NCBI GenBank assembly: GCA_964304625.1
Contig: OZ199840.1
Location: forward strand, 2,778,787 to 2,842,786
DNA length: 64,000 bases
Direction of reading: 5' to 3'
Source: Kudoa neothunni
Taxonomy: Eukaryota; Animalia; Cnidaria
Under the pieces are notes generated by a model. That model did not search any database. It saw only the letters and a program-made list of their open reading frames with translations, and was not told the DNA's origin. Numbering within the stretch: the stretch's first letter is position 1; each line of letters starts with the position of its first letter. The position numbers and the translations under genes were made by a program. Shown here in pieces: positions 62,701 to 64,000 of the stretch.

Positions 62701-64000
62701 TATAAAAGGTAAAGAAAAACAACAAATTGGACTGAATAAATGAATACTATAATAAGCCGATACATGTATCGAATAAAAAGCCTATTGAAACGACTATATA
62801 CTTAAAGTCTTAATTCTTATTTACTATTAAATTAATAATTATGAATTTAATATAGATATTAAAATGCTGAAAATTGCAACTTGATACAATTATTTTATTA
62901 TATAGCTCAAATAAATTCGATAATACTTATTATCTCTTGTTCACTCCGCCATAATAAATCCAAGGAAAAAATTAATCGATTGGACCAACCATTAGTGGAT
63001 TCACAAACGAGTTAAACAATGTTAAACTTCATGAACGATATTTACATTGACGTCATGTAAGGTCATCCTAGGTATAAATAATATGAATAATTGGTAAAAA
63101 TATTTATTCGTATTCATTACGAATAAATCAATCATCTAGATAGATACAAATGTTAGACGACACGTATTAAATTTGTGTATCAATATTGAGATCATTATAA
63201 ATTTTGAATTTTTTTACTGTAAACATTATTTTCATTAAATATATTTGTAACAACCTATAATATTAAGTAATTATAGATCAACATTTTGCAAACTTTATTT
63301 CTAACCATCATGCATACAAGATAAAGTAATTTAGTCATATTTTTCCTTACAAGAATTAATTATGGTCGCGACTTTGGTTTTTGGGGATTACTTTTATAAT
63401 ATTTTGATTAATTATATCCATAAGTATTTTTGAAAAAATTATATAGCCAGAAATGGAAGAAACCCAATTTTTATGGAAATATCAAAGTATTGTCGTATGG
63501 TTGGAAAATAAAAATGAAGTTGTTTATCGGTTCCTATTTAATCTTGCGATTTCCGACGTTTTTATATGCACATATAATAACTTCCATGATATTCTATCAT
63601 AATTTTTCCTTTTATATTAATTCCATTTTTATAAATATAAATTGAATTTTACTTTAATTGAGATGGTTAACATTATTTCACAATCCGTTCATACATTGAC
63701 CTAAATATTATGGTCTAATTTATTTGTCACATCACATTCCAGGTATTGTTCCAATTATACTTTAAAGCTATTTAAAGTGTTACTATATCGAGCTCTTTTA
63801 TATTCGAAAAATAATTATATTTTTTTAAGAAATCCCATTAAAAGATCAATAACCTAGATGATCAAAATAACTTTAATCAAGATAAAGCTTTAAAACATTA
63901 TTTTCAAATTTATGCGTACAAAATAGCGTTTCCATTTTAAATAAAATTGTGGTAATTATAAAGCCTGTGACACATGAAAAACACCCCTTCCGAATCCTTT

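Noticed and set aside
662-63645. Prokaryotic reading of the ORF track, or a non-standard genetic code
   Set aside because: Stops fall inside GT-AG introns, and conserved proteins reconstruct under the standard code.

Overview
Very AT-rich eukaryotic (metazoan-type) genomic DNA with mostly tiny (~40-60 nt) GT-AG introns, as in compact parasite genomes such as myxozoans (inference only). Four conserved genes are readable once spliced: a 5'-truncated Diaphanous-type formin (+), XPD/ERCC2 helicase (+), Chk1 kinase (+) and gamma-tubulin complex protein 2 (-). The dominant feature is an unrecognised five-copy gene family: A 11079-14114 +, B 23753-26908 +, C 42809-45821 -, D 50567-53570 -, E 59695-62700 -. 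Each copy has 10 exons and encodes a ~880-aa type-I membrane protein with a signal peptide, about seven Cys-rich FN3-like modules on symmetric phase-1 exons, a Ser/Thr/Pro-rich segment, two micro-exons, a TM helix and a KKKK-stop tail. Membrane-distal exons are hypervariable, membrane-proximal exons are nearly invariant, and the closest-relative pairing switches from segment to segment (patchwork exchange). All copies share a CGATAC-NN-GTATCG palindrome upstream. This is the architecture of a candidate variant-surface-antigen system. Intergenic DNA is full of decayed DNA transposons (piggyBac, Tc1/IS630, pogo/Tigger, MULE, hAT, MITEs), some nested, and an inverted segmental duplication links the 3' flanks of copies A and E.
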